39,599 bases of DNA from an uncultured archaeon (lineage in GTDB: Archaea > Altiarchaeota > Altiarchaeia > IMC4 > SCGC-AAA252-I15). Under the pieces are notes generated by a model. It worked only from the letters and a program-made list of their open reading frames with translations. It was not told the DNA's origin and did no database searches. Positions 17,588-27,542 of this stretch are shown one piece after another. Made by a program: the position numbers and the translations under genes. The stretch spans positions 1 through 39,599 of the forward strand of contig CABMCB010000076.1 in assembly GCA_902384455.1 (NCBI GenBank), given 5' to 3'. The stretch's first letter is position 1. Each line of letters opens with the position of its first letter.

Positions 17588-19632
17588 TATCTTATTTTGG
17601 CGCCGACCGAAATGTCTTCTGCGGGAGATACAAGCACCACTTTCTGTCCGTCGTCTGCGGCAAGAAGCATCCCTTTGCTTTCCAAGCCCCTAAGTTTGGC
17701 GGGCGCAAGGTTTGCCACCACCACGATCTTGCGGCCGATAAGCTGCTCTTTAGTGTAGTGTCCTTTGAGTCCTGCGACTAGTGTTCTGTCTGCGCCTTCG
17801 CCTACGTCCACTGTGAGCGCGTATAGTTTGTCGGCGTTGGGGTTGTCTTTCACCGTTTTGACTACCCCCACTTTCATTTCGACTTTGGCGAACTCCTCGT
17901 AGGTTATTGCGGCTTTTGTTTCCTCTTTTTTGGGTTCTGTTGCTGTCACTTTGGTTTCCCCCGTTTTTTTCCCGCTTAAGTATTTTTTCTTGAATTCCTC
18001 CACATCCTCATCTTCTATTTGAGTGTAGAGGGCCTCTATTTTTCCTATTTTGTGTCCGCCTGTTATGAGCGGTTTTTTGGCGTCTTCCCAGCGGACGCCG
18101 TCCTTCATTTTAAGCATCGAGCGCACTTTCGCTCCGCTTTCAGGCAGGAACGGTTCCATGAGCACTGACAGCGACGCGGTGAGGTTGGCGCATATGTACA
18201 GTGCGTTGCTTTCTTTGCCTTTCCACGGCTCCTTCTTCTGGAAGTAGACGTTGCCTGCCGCCGCCACAGCCAGCAGCTTCTGCTGGGCCGCCTTAAGTTT
18301 CCTGTCGAATATGAGTTGGCCTATTTCGTCTGGCGCTTTTTCCATTAGGGTGAGTATTATTTTGTCGTCTTCGTCTAGTGTGGCGTGTTTGGGTATTGTG
18401 CCGCCTTTTTTCTCTATGAATGTGAGCGTTCTGTGTATGAAGTTTCCGAGGGTTCCGATGAGTTCCTTGTTTACGTGCTCTTTGAATTCGGTGAAGTTGA
18501 AGTCGCAGTCGCTTGTTTCGGGGTTTATGGCGATGAGGCCGTAGCGGACTGCGTCGACGTCGAATTCGGCGAGTATGTCGTGGAGCCAGACGACCCAGTT
18601 GCGGCTGGTGCTCATCTTTTGTCCTTCGAGGTTGAGGTATTCGTTGCTTGCGATAAGCCACGGTAGGTTGTATGTGCCTTCTGCGAGTAAGGTTGCTGGC
18701 CAGATTATTGTGTGGAATGCGATGTTGTCTTTTCCGATGAAGTGGACGATGCGCGTGCTTGCTCCTTCCTTCTTTTTCCAGTAGTGTTTCCAGAGGTCGG
18801 GTTTACCTTGTTTTTCCGCCCATTCTTTGGTGCTGCTTACGTAGCCGATGGGCGCTTCGAACCAGACGTAGATGACTTTCCCTTCTGCGTGGGAAAGGGG
18901 GACGGGTATTCCCCAGCTCATGTCGCGGGTTATTGCGCGGTCGGTGAGGCCTTCGTTTATCCAGCCGAGGGCGAAGTGCTTGGCGTTTTCGGGCCAGTGG
19001 TTGCATTCTTCGGTTATCCATTTTTTGAGGGGTGTTGTGAATTTGGAGAGTTCGAAGAACCAGTGTTTTGTGTCGCGCATCTCTGGTTTTTGTTTGTCGA
19101 GTATGCTGTATGAGTCGAGTAGTTCGTGGGGTTCGAGTTGTTTTCCGCATTTCTCGCACTGGTCGCCGCGTTGGTCGGGGCTTTTGCAGTGGGGGCATGT
19201 GCCTCTGACGTAGCGGTCGGGGAGGAAGCGTTTTGCGCCGACGCTGTATGGGCGTTTCACGGTCTCTTCGTGTATGAAGCCGTTTTTGAGGGCGGAAGTG
19301 AAGAATTGCTGTGAGAGTTCGAAGTGGACTTTCCGTGCGGTGCCTGAGAAGTTGTCGAAGCTGATTTGTAGGGTGTTGAATGCGTCTTCCTGGATTTTGT
19401 GGTAGCGGTCGACGATTTCGCGCGGGGATACGCCTTCCTGTTCGGCGGCAACCGATATGGGCGTCCCGTGTTCGTCTGTGCCGCATATGAAGACGACTTC
19501 TTCGCCGCGCATCTTCAGGTAGCGCACGTAGACGTCTGCGGGCAGGTATGCGCCTGCTGCGTGGCCTATGTGTAGTGGGCCGTTTGCGTATGGTAGTGCG
19601 CTTGTTACGAGGTAGCGTGTTTTGTTTTCCAC
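17587..19632 (-). CDS. metG: Methionyl-tRNA synthetase with C-terminal tRNA-binding OB domain (probable GTG start at 19632)
   Basis: LVTSALPYANGPLHIGH, GTDEHG, CPHC/CEKC, KMSTS, C-terminal ADKLY...S.GMLL. Confidence 0.97.
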   Translation of the reverse strand: MENKTRYLVTSALPYANGPLHIGHAAGAYLPADVYVRYLKMRGEEVVFICGTDEHGTPISVAAEQEGVSPREIVDRYHKIQEDAFNTLQISFDNFSGTARKVHFELSQQFFTSALKNGFIHEETVKRPYSVGAKRFLPDRYVRGTCPHCKSPDQRGDQCEKCGKQLEPHELLDSYSILDKQKPEMRDTKHWFFELSKFTTPLKKWITEECNHWPENAKHFALGWINEGLTDRAITRDMSWGIPVPLSHAEGKVIYVWFEAPIGYVSSTKEWAEKQGKPDLWKHYWKKKEGASTRIVHFIGKDNIAFHTIIWPATLLAEGTYNLPWLIASNEYLNLEGQKMSTSRNWVVWLHDILAEFDVDAVRYGLIAINPETSDCDFNFTEFKEHVNKELIGTLGNFIHRTLTFIEKKGGTIPKHATLDEDDKIILTLMEKAPDEIGQLIFDRKLKAAQQKLLAVAAAGNVYFQKKEPWKGKESNALYICANLTASLSVLMEPFLPESGAKVRSMLKMKDGVRWEDAKKPLITGGHKIGKIEALYTQIEDEDVEEFKKKYLSGKKTGETKVTATEPKKEETKAAITYEEFAKVEMKVGVVKTVKDNPNADKLYALTVDVGEGADRTLVAGLKGHYTKEQLIGRKIVVVANLAPAKLRGLESKGMLLAADDGQKVVLVSPAEDISVGAKIR

Positions 19633-19640
19633 GTTTTTTT

Positions 19641-19967
19641 TTATTTGATGTATGGTTTTAGTTTGGCTATTATGTTTTCTTTGGGTTGTGCGCCTATGAT
19701 TTTGTCGACTAGTTTTCCTTCGTTGAGTATGAGTAGGGTGGGTATGCTCATTACTCCGTATTGTGCGGCTGTTTCGTTGTTTTCGTCTATGTTCAGTTTG
19801 CCTACCGCTATTTTGCCTTTGTATTCGCTTGCTATTTCTTCCACTATCGGGGCGATTCTTCTGCATGGTCCGCACCATGGGGCCCATAGGTCTGCGAGTA
19901 CGAGGCGGTTATTTTTTACGTAGTCGTTGAATGTTTTGTCTGTTAGTTCCGTGGCGTTTTCACTCAT
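19641..19967 (-). CDS. trxA: Thioredoxin
   Basis: WAPWCGPC active site, SIPT cis-Pro motif. Confidence 0.96.
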   Translation of the reverse strand: MSENATELTDKTFNDYVKNNRLVLADLWAPWCGPCRRIAPIVEEIASEYKGKIAVGKLNIDENNETAAQYGVMSIPTLLILNEGKLVDKIIGAQPKENIIAKLKPYIK

Positions 19968-21102
19968 TGTTTATCACCTTTTTGATTCTGTCGAATGCGC
20001 TTGTGAGTATCTCTTTGTTTGCGCTTCCGTATGAGATGCGGATGCATTCTGCTCCTCTTGTGCCGAACGGGCTTCCGGGTACTGTTCCTACTCCTGCTTC
20101 TATGAGTTTGTCTGCTAGCGCCAGGTCATCCCATCCGTCGAAGCGTGGGAATACGTAGAATGCGCCTTCGGGTTTGTCGCAGACTACGCCGTCGAGGTCT
20201 TTCATTAGGTTCATTACGTGGTCTCTGCGTTCCTTGAATGTGTCGCGCATCTTTTTGGCGTACTCTCTGGCTTCTGGTGTGAATGCGGCGACTGCTCCGT
20301 ATTGGGCGAAGCTTGTGCAGCAGGAAAGGCTCATCTCCTGGATGAGGTTCATTGTGTCGATGAGCTCTTTCTTGGGGCTTGCTCCCCATCCTAGCCGCCA
20401 GCCTGTCATGGAAAGCCATTTGCTGAATGCGCCGACGGTGAGCGTTTTTTCGTAGTCGCTTCCTGGGCTGTATACGTCGCCGCCGTAAGTGAACACTTCG
20501 TACACTTCGTCTGAAATCAGCCAGGCGTCCTTTCGGGCGCATATGTCGGCTATCTGCTTGAGCGTCTTCTTGGGTATTACCGCGCCTGTCGGGTTGCTTG
20601 GGCTGTTTACGAGCACCACCTTGGCGTCGCCGTTCTCAAGCTCCGAAAGGAAGTCTTCGCCTGGAATAAACCCTTTTTCAGCGGAAGTCGGAAGCCACTG
20701 GACGTTACCTCCTGCGTACGCCACCATGTCCGCGTAACTGACCCACGCGGGGTTGGGTATTGCGACAGTGTCGCCGTCGTCAACCAAAGCGAGGAACGCC
20801 TCGAAAAGCACCTGCTTGCCTCCTCCGCTCACAATAACACGGTCAGCATCAACGCCTTTAACGCCGTTTTCCTTCATCAGTTTCTCAGAAATCCTCTGGC
20901 GTAGCTCGGGAATACCCTTCCCCGGAGTATAATGCACCTTCCCCTCATCAAGCGCCTTCTTGGCAGCCTCCTTGACCACCGGAGCAGTATCGAAATCAGG
21001 GCGGCCTACAGTGAGGTCTATTACGCCGGGCTTCTTGGCTAATGCAGCATACTTGAACGTAGCCGAAGGCTTCACATCCGTAAGTCGAGACGAAAACTTC
21101 AT
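19960..21102 (-). CDS. PLP-dependent aminotransferase class I/II (aspartate aminotransferase-like)
   Basis: G.PDF.T, NSPSNPTG, SDEVY, FSKWLSMTGWRLG, P.GAFY. Confidence 0.93.
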   Translation of the reverse strand: MKFSSRLTDVKPSATFKYAALAKKPGVIDLTVGRPDFDTAPVVKEAAKKALDEGKVHYTPGKGIPELRQRISEKLMKENGVKGVDADRVIVSGGGKQVLFEAFLALVDDGDTVAIPNPAWVSYADMVAYAGGNVQWLPTSAEKGFIPGEDFLSELENGDAKVVLVNSPSNPTGAVIPKKTLKQIADICARKDAWLISDEVYEVFTYGGDVYSPGSDYEKTLTVGAFSKWLSMTGWRLGWGASPKKELIDTMNLIQEMSLSCCTSFAQYGAVAAFTPEAREYAKKMRDTFKERRDHVMNLMKDLDGVVCDKPEGAFYVFPRFDGWDDLALADKLIEAGVGTVPGSPFGTRGAECIRISYGSANKEILTSAFDRIKKVINNE

Positions 21103-21145
21103 ACCTCAAGTAATGGGTAAATACTGCTAATAAAAAGGCGCGGCC

Positions 21146-21502
21146 TCAGAGTTCCGTGTATTTGCTTGCTTTCCCGTATGATTTCTCAATCGGGTATTTT
21201 CTGCCGGTCTTTATGAGTTTTTCTTGGAACGCCTTTTTGAGGTCTATGCCGCATTCGTGGGACAGAAGAAGCAGCGCGTGGAATACGTCCCCCATCTCAT
21301 CGGCAACTTCCTGCTTCTTCTTAGGGTTTTCCAGCATCAGGCGCTGTTCTTTTTCATCTTTGAATACGAAATGCGAGAGGAGTTCGTTGGATTCGACGCT
21401 CAAGTCCGCGGCCAGTGCGCCCGGAGTGTGGAATTTTTTCCAGTCGCGCGCGTCCCTGAACATAAGCGCTTCATTCAGAAGCAAATCTAAGTCGCTTTGC
21501 AT
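21146..21502 (-). CDS. MazG-like nucleotide pyrophosphohydrolase (dCTP pyrophosphatase-like)
   Basis: RDW..FHTP..LA..L.VE..EL, DEMGDV, K...KYP. Confidence 0.88.
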   Translation of the reverse strand: MQSDLDLLLNEALMFRDARDWKKFHTPGALAADLSVESNELLSHFVFKDEKEQRLMLENPKKKQEVADEMGDVFHALLLLSHECGIDLKKAFQEKLIKTGRKYPIEKSYGKASKYTEL

Positions 21503-21549
21503 ACCCTCATCTTGTGCGAAAGATAATAAGAGCTTAGTGCTGGCCTATT

Positions 21550-22746
21550 TTGACAGTATATTATTCCAAAATGCGTAAGGATAGCGTAATGGTCGCGCAC
21601 AAGATTCGTCAATACAAATCATTCGACGTTATCGGCGAGGACGGCTCAGTAATCGACGACCACCTGAAAGACAACCCCGAAACAGTCAGAAAAACGTTGG
21701 ATGGAACGTTTAAAATACGGGCCGTTGACACTGAAGGCCGGGTGCGGGAGATTCCTAATCCTGTGGTTTTGCAGAGGGCTGCTTCTATGGGTGAGAATGG
21801 CCGGGAGTTTGCTCACGAACTCAACAACCTCCTGCAGGTGGCTGGAGGATACGCCGATGAAATGATCGAATACCAGCCGGTGAAAGGCTTACGCGAGTTT
21901 AAGGATGCTGTTATCGGTTGCGTCGACGTGACGAAAGAATTCTTTTTGGCCGTACACAGGTTTCGGGATGCGAGAACAACAAAGACTTACGTTAGGACGG
22001 AGCCTGAAGCCCGGCATGTTATATCTTTGGCTGTGGACTTAGGCAAAAATGCCGGCAGAGCAATCGGAGAAATGGATGCCGTGCTAACGCGCATTCATCC
22101 ACCAAAAGACGATGCTGTTGGTTCTGCTCCCGACTTGAGGTTGAAGACTTTCAGCGACTATTACCTCACCCTGGAGGGCGCCGTATCAAGGGCTAAGAAG
22201 CTTCTGGAAGTCTATGAAGGCACCACATTAGGCCATACGCTGGTTGAGTCTATTTCGCCTGTTGACTTAAGTGAAATCGCCCTAAGCAGCCTTCGGGAAA
22301 TAAGCCTTTTCGGCGATTTCGCTGATGTGCCCATAATACAAAATATCTCGGACGGCCTGCCGAAGGTTGCTGCGGACCCGGACCGTCTAAGGCAGGTCGG
22401 AGTCAACTTGATTAAGAACGCTGCGGAATCCTGCGTGCAACGCAGGGAGACTGAACGAGGCGGAGAACCGTTGGGGGGAGTAGAAGTGCGCCCGCTTTAT
22501 GTCTCCACTTTCGCGGAAGGCGGAAACTCGATTTTAGAAGTCAGAGACGAAGGAATGGGGATAACCCCTGAAAACCTGCAAAGAATAATCACGGAAGGCG
22601 ACTTAACCACCAAACCAACCGGCCACGCGCTTGGGCTTAGGGCTTCAAGGAAGATTGTTGAGTCTTATGGGGGTAGACTTGAAATTGAGAGCGCCGGCTA
22701 TCTGATGGGGGCTACTGTCAGGATGGTTCTGCCGGCGCAGAATTAA
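21550..22746 (+). CDS. Soluble histidine kinase (HisKA + HATPase_c); start may be ATG 21571 or 21589
   Basis: H-box FAHELNN.L, N-box NLIKNAAES, G1 DEGMGI, TTKPTG.ALGL, G...IES. Confidence 0.85.
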   Translation: MTVYYSKMRKDSVMVAHKIRQYKSFDVIGEDGSVIDDHLKDNPETVRKTLDGTFKIRAVDTEGRVREIPNPVVLQRAASMGENGREFAHELNNLLQVAGGYADEMIEYQPVKGLREFKDAVIGCVDVTKEFFLAVHRFRDARTTKTYVRTEPEARHVISLAVDLGKNAGRAIGEMDAVLTRIHPPKDDAVGSAPDLRLKTFSDYYLTLEGAVSRAKKLLEVYEGTTLGHTLVESISPVDLSEIALSSLREISLFGDFADVPIIQNISDGLPKVAADPDRLRQVGVNLIKNAAESCVQRRETERGGEPLGGVEVRPLYVSTFAEGGNSILEVRDEGMGITPENLQRIITEGDLTTKPTGHALGLRASRKIVESYGGRLEIESAGYLMGATVRMVLPAQN

Positions 22747-22792
22747 CCCTAATCCCAAGATATTTTTGCTCGCGATACGTAAGGGTAGTATA

Positions 22793-23428
22793 GTGGACTC
22801 TTATATTGTGTTCTTGCAGCTCTCCTTAACATTCATCTTTGCGCTCCTTTTCGGCATTGAGCGTCAGCGTTCCCATAAGCCTGTGGGATTCGGCACATTC
22901 ATCTTCGTAGCAATCGGAGCATGCGCATTAGCAATCACAGCAACCAACCTCAACTCCGAAAACCCGCTCCCACTCCTTTCAGCAATAGTATCCGGAATAG
23001 GATTTTTGGGTGCGGGAGCGCTGCTTCGCCCATCAAGCGACAAAATATTCGGCGCCACCACCGCCGCAGGAATATGGGTGTTCGCCATAATAGGAATACT
23101 CATAGGAGTCAACGAATACGGCCTTGCCATCAGCGTCTACGTGCTAGTGTGGGTGACGATAATCGCCGACAGGTATCTTGCATCCCGCGGAATAGGGTTC
23201 TACCAGAAGAAGCTTACTATAACGACTGGAAAGCTTATGGACCCAAACGACGTGGACTGCGAGCTCTTAGACTGCTCTAAAAACCACAAGCTTCTGGTTA
23301 CCGACGTAGACAAGAAAGGCGACCGCATAACCCTCACTTTCATCATCGAGGGCACTTCGGAGGACATCCGCAAGGTCACGGGCAAGCTTGCGGCGTGCGA
23401 GTGGGTTGCGGCGTTCCACGTGGAATAA
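22793..23428 (+). CDS. MgtC/SapB family membrane protein with C-terminal ACT-like domain
   Basis: GIER....KP.G..T, IVSGIGFLGAG, G.TTAA.IW. Confidence 0.9.
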   Translation: MDSYIVFLQLSLTFIFALLFGIERQRSHKPVGFGTFIFVAIGACALAITATNLNSENPLPLLSAIVSGIGFLGAGALLRPSSDKIFGATTAAGIWVFAIIGILIGVNEYGLAISVYVLVWVTIIADRYLASRGIGFYQKKLTITTGKLMDPNDVDCELLDCSKNHKLLVTDVDKKGDRITLTFIIEGTSEDIRKVTGKLAACEWVAAFHVE

Positions 23429-23486
23429 ATTTCCGGGAATCTGCAGTATTTTTAGTATTAAAGCTTAGACTGCGGGGTGATACTCT

Positions 23487-24713
23487 ATGGCAGTTGCTAC
23501 AGATAGGCTTCGCACATCCGCGCAAGATGCAGCAGCGGGACCTCGCACTTCAGTACTCAACATTGATGCTATGGCCAATGAGACGGCCGGAATGTCCACT
23601 TTAGAGCGTGAAGGAATTTTTAAGGCGCGCGAAAAGGAATTCATTGCTGCCATGCCACAGATAGTTGCAGCTCTTGAACGACCGCAGACTCACACATGGG
23701 ACGGAGACAGGCAACGCAATGAATATGTCCGAGACATGTTCACCTACTTTGCGGCAAAACGCGGCGAACAGGAAGCAATCAAAGCCCTCGTAGGCTACGT
23801 ACACGACTGGAGACCGCCAACCAACGACGAACCCCGCCACAAGGACACGTCTGTCCTTAAACCCGCCGCCGAAGCCTTATTCGGAATCTACGACAGGGCA
23901 TCGCCAAGCGACGCTGCGTCGGTAAGTGTTGCGCGAAATACTCTAAGCGCGGCAGGGACACTTTTGAGTTCCTGCAGACCAGAACACTTCTCCTCTATGG
24001 CCCAATTAGTCGAGCACGCCGAAATCATGGCTCAACACAACCCTCAATTGCGCGAGCAAATAGACGGCATAATAAGGCTCCGTAGGCCAATCGACCAGTG
24101 GGAAGCCACAGGTCTTGGGCAAGGGGAATGGAGGAATCTGTTCGCAAGGATGAAAGACGAGAAAATAGGGATTATGGTCGCCCGCGGTGCTGGATCGAGC
24201 ACTGGAAGACGGCCCGCTGAAGTATTTTTCATTACGCCTGACATGATGCCGCCCGGCATAACAAACGTCATGGAGGAGTCGCGGCTTGAGCACTCGCTGG
24301 CAGGCAGTCTGCTAGGGCATCTTAGGTCGTCGGCGCCTCAAAACAAGGGCGACTTGACCGCGTACGGCGTGCAGAAGGCGACCGTCAGTATCGTCAAACT
24401 CGACGGCATACAAGGTCAAATGAGAGCCGGTCTACCCGCCGCCAATAACACGGCGCGTGAGAGCCGGCCTATGATGGCGTCCGCTCATGTAGATGACTCA
24501 CTTAATCCTGAGGTTCGTGCGGCTGTGCTTGCCGACGTAGTCGCGGACGAAACGCTCGTTAAACCTCTTGTCACTAAATTTACGACTGGCGTACAGCGTG
24601 GCGAATACCCTAAGGCAGGCGAAGTCCACGGTATTCAGACGGCATTCTCCGAAGCAGTGGGCGCTAAAGTCATTGAGGCTGCGGTAGGTTTGGTAGACGC
24701 CGGCAGAATATAG
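23487..24713 (+). CDS. Hypothetical soluble protein (408 aa)
   Basis: Long ORF with SD GGGGTGA upstream; no motif recognised. Confidence 0.75.
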   Translation: MAVATDRLRTSAQDAAAGPRTSVLNIDAMANETAGMSTLEREGIFKAREKEFIAAMPQIVAALERPQTHTWDGDRQRNEYVRDMFTYFAAKRGEQEAIKALVGYVHDWRPPTNDEPRHKDTSVLKPAAEALFGIYDRASPSDAASVSVARNTLSAAGTLLSSCRPEHFSSMAQLVEHAEIMAQHNPQLREQIDGIIRLRRPIDQWEATGLGQGEWRNLFARMKDEKIGIMVARGAGSSTGRRPAEVFFITPDMMPPGITNVMEESRLEHSLAGSLLGHLRSSAPQNKGDLTAYGVQKATVSIVKLDGIQGQMRAGLPAANNTARESRPMMASAHVDDSLNPEVRAAVLADVVADETLVKPLVTKFTTGVQRGEYPKAGEVHGIQTAFSEAVGAKVIEAAVGLVDAGRI

Positions 24714-24720
24714 CGTTTGC

Positions 24721-26757
24721 TTACTTCACTGCCGCAATGCGTTCGACGATAAGCAGGGCAATAGCTTCAGCGTCCGCCGCCGTAACCCCATCTACGTGAG
24801 CGTTAAGCACCGAACGGCCTGTGGCTGTGGAGACGTATATGTCGTAGAGGCCGAAGGCGAGGTCTAGTATGTCTCGGTCTATGAATACTTCCTGTATTTT
24901 GGTGAAGGGTATGGTTAGTTCGCGGCTGCCGAACACTCCTTTGCGTATCACTAGGACGTCGCTGTTTGCGTCGTAGAAGTATTTCCTTAGGTACGCTTTT
25001 TCGTAGAAGTACTTTGCGATAAGCGTCGGAATCGTGAGTATCACCGCGGCCGCCAGCAAGGCGTTTATTGCCGGCCACCGGGTTATTACGCCGGCGGCGA
25101 AAAGCAGGATTATAATCAAAGCGGGGATTATCGTCCACCACAGGGTTTTTTTGAGCGGCTTGCGCTTTGACAGCGGGATTCTGGTTACAAGAGGGTTTTC
25201 TCCTATTTTGGCGAGGTCTACTCCCATTCTGTCTGCGATAATCTTCTTCAGTTTGTCTGCGTCGGCTTCCAAAAGCGCGGGAACCGTCTCGTTCATCGTG
25301 GTCATGGAAACTGCGCGCCCCTGCCCTTCCTTTCCCACGTAATCTTTAGCCCCCGTCTCGAAAGTCACTTCCGCAAGTCCTGCGAAGCTGTCTGAGAATG
25401 AAATGTGCTTCTCTATGTCCTGGACTTTGGTGTAAGGAATCTGCTTTACCGTGGACGCAATGAATTTTATGGAAATACGCACAACGTCGGAAGCGACAGC
25501 AAACGAATACGAAACGTTGAGTACGACGGCCTTCACTAAAATCCCTAAAACAACCGCAACAAGAGCCAAGCCTGCTACTGCCGCAAGAATGAATACTGCC
25601 GGCAGAACCCCGCGTTCTCCTGCGGCGAAAACCAAAAGAAGGACGACGAGAGAAACCACGTAAGCCGCGAGAATAAAGCAGAAGGCGACTAACGCACTAT
25701 ACCTCGCTGAACGCAGGAAAGAAAGCTTAAACGGATTCTCAAGCGTCTTAACGTCCGCCCTCCTCACTGCGGCCTTCGCTGTTGTTGACGTGGACGTCGC
25801 CGCCTGCTTTGAAGCTTTTTTGCTTCTTTCTAGGATTTCTTCCCTCGTTTTTTTGGCGTCTTCGGATAATACGAAGTTGAGCATCGCCTGTGCGGCGCTT
25901 GTGTCAGTCATAGTCTTGACAAGAAGAGTGTGGATTCCAAGAAACCGCTCCAAAACCCCCTGAGTGTCCTCGACGTCCTGAATGTTGCGGTAAAGGAATA
26001 TGTTCTCCCTCGGAATCAGAAAGCCGGTTCTAATGAAAACCCCATCCTTCCTCAGCTCATACCTAATCGCCTTAAACTGAAGGTACCCTATGACCGCCGC
26101 CAGAGGCGAAAGAATTGCGAGAGGCCAGAAGAATATGGCTAGGAATATGGCTGCGGAAAAAAGGTATGACAGCATTAGAATCCACATTCCAGCGTTGCTA
26201 ACTGGAATGGATTTGACGGCCGCTTCAGCTGCAGTGGTTGAGGCGACATCCTTCTTCGCCGTTCCCCCTGTAATCCACTTCAAAAGTATTCCCCTTAGCG
26301 CCTGCGCGTCAGCGCTCCCTACGCCGTCAATGTGAGCCTCCCTCTGCGAAACGTCTGTAGCAGTGGACAAATGAAGGTCATACAACCCGAAGACGCGATC
26401 CAACAAATCCTGATCCAAATAAACATCCTGAACCTTATGCGCCGGCACAGTAATCTTCCAGCGCCCGAAAACTCCTTTGCTTATCACCAGGCCGTCGGGC
26501 GTGAGGTCGTAGAAGTAGTTGTTGTAGTAAAGCAACTGGTAGTAAAACATGAATCCAGCCAAACCGAAGAGCAACACTGCCGCTCCCGCAAGAATAAAGA
26601 AAGCTACGGCAGGGGAAAGAAAAGCCAGGGCGGCGGTGAGAGGTATGGCAATGAATGCGGCCGAAAAAATGAGGCCTACTATTGGGGAGAGCGTTTTCTT
26701 GATTATCTTGATTTTTTTGAGTGGGTATTGTTGGATGAGCGTTTTAGTCGGTGACAT
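24721..26757 (-). CDS. Membrane protein with four bacterial-PH (bPH_2) domains, YdbT-like
   Basis: Four repeats of TM pair + Y.+..D.+.I..G......+P...+QD+...Q....R.+G+. Confidence 0.85.
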   Translation of the reverse strand: MSPTKTLIQQYPLKKIKIIKKTLSPIVGLIFSAAFIAIPLTAALAFLSPAVAFFILAGAAVLLFGLAGFMFYYQLLYYNNYFYDLTPDGLVISKGVFGRWKITVPAHKVQDVYLDQDLLDRVFGLYDLHLSTATDVSQREAHIDGVGSADAQALRGILLKWITGGTAKKDVASTTAAEAAVKSIPVSNAGMWILMLSYLFSAAIFLAIFFWPLAILSPLAAVIGYLQFKAIRYELRKDGVFIRTGFLIPRENIFLYRNIQDVEDTQGVLERFLGIHTLLVKTMTDTSAAQAMLNFVLSEDAKKTREEILERSKKASKQAATSTSTTAKAAVRRADVKTLENPFKLSFLRSARYSALVAFCFILAAYVVSLVVLLLVFAAGERGVLPAVFILAAVAGLALVAVVLGILVKAVVLNVSYSFAVASDVVRISIKFIASTVKQIPYTKVQDIEKHISFSDSFAGLAEVTFETGAKDYVGKEGQGRAVSMTTMNETVPALLEADADKLKKIIADRMGVDLAKIGENPLVTRIPLSKRKPLKKTLWWTIIPALIIILLFAAGVITRWPAINALLAAAVILTIPTLIAKYFYEKAYLRKYFYDANSDVLVIRKGVFGSRELTIPFTKIQEVFIDRDILDLAFGLYDIYVSTATGRSVLNAHVDGVTAADAEAIALLIVERIAAVK

Positions 26758-27256
26758 TTTTTGCCTCCTTCATTTTCGTAAATAGCGCGTCCTTGAGTTT
26801 TTCCGCGTCTGTTTTGTCTAATGCTGGTATTGATACGGCGCCTCCTCCTATGGTTGCAGTGAATACTGTGACGCTCCACATTCCGAATAGTCTTTCCACG
26901 AACGTCTGGGTGACGTGGATGTCTTGGATGTTTTCGTAGGGGATGAGCGAGTAGCTGTATTTTATGATTCCCCGCCTTACCAGCAGGTTTCTTTTTTCCA
27001 GGATGAAGATGAATTTTCTGAGGGAAAAAACGGAGTAAAACAGGGTTAAAGTCAGCGTCAGCGGAAGAATCAATATCAAAGGAAACAGTATGACGCTGAC
27101 AATCAGCGTGCCCCACAAGGAAGAAGCAACATATCCTATTTGGGCGTTGGGCGCGAAACTGCAGAAGTTTTGTCTTCCTTCGGAAAGAAGTAGTCCGCCG
27201 CCAAAATCCTGCTCAACGACCTTTTTCCCGCCTTTAGAAACACCCGTCTTCCTCAT
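26744..27256 (-). CDS. Single bPH_2-domain membrane protein, YdbS-like (start uncertain)
   Basis: TM pair + LLVRRGII...IPYENIQDIHVTQ..ERLFG.....TA; overlaps the downstream YdbT-like start. Confidence 0.82.
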   Translation of the reverse strand: MRKTGVSKGGKKVVEQDFGGGLLLSEGRQNFCSFAPNAQIGYVASSLWGTLIVSVILFPLILILPLTLTLTLFYSVFSLRKFIFILEKRNLLVRRGIIKYSYSLIPYENIQDIHVTQTFVERLFGMWSVTVFTATIGGGAVSIPALDKTDAEKLKDALFTKMKEAKNVTD

Positions 27257-27431
27257 AACCCAAACACATAAAAACAAGGCATCCCACGCCTAAAAACAGG
27301 CGTTAGAGCCTCCCGTTACGGGCTAAGACGGGCCGTCCTTATCCGTCATATTCCGTCGGATATCTTCGGTCGTTTCTTTCTTTGAACCCGAGGGCCTTTC
27401 TTTCTTTTCTAACGAAAGAAAGGGGCTCTAG

Positions 27432-27506
27432 TGGACCCGCCCGGATTTGAACCGGGGATCTCCGCCGTGTGAAGGCGGCGTCATAGCCAGGCTAGACCAC
27501 GAGTCC
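27432..27506 (-). tRNA. tRNA-Val(CAC)
   Basis: GGACTCG/CGGGTCC acceptor stem, CCGCC-TTCACAC-GGCGG anticodon arm, GGTTCAAATCC T-loop; no encoded CCA. Confidence 0.96.
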
Positions 27507-27542
27507 GGGTGCGTGTAGAGAAGGATAAATAAGATGCGTGTA

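Noticed and set aside
19633-19887. N-terminal extension of MetRS in the ORF track
   Set aside because: It overlaps thioredoxin in another frame; MetRS homology begins at GTG 19632
21550-27506. tRNA-integrated mobile element
   Set aside because: No integrase or transposase, and no duplicated tRNA 3' end found
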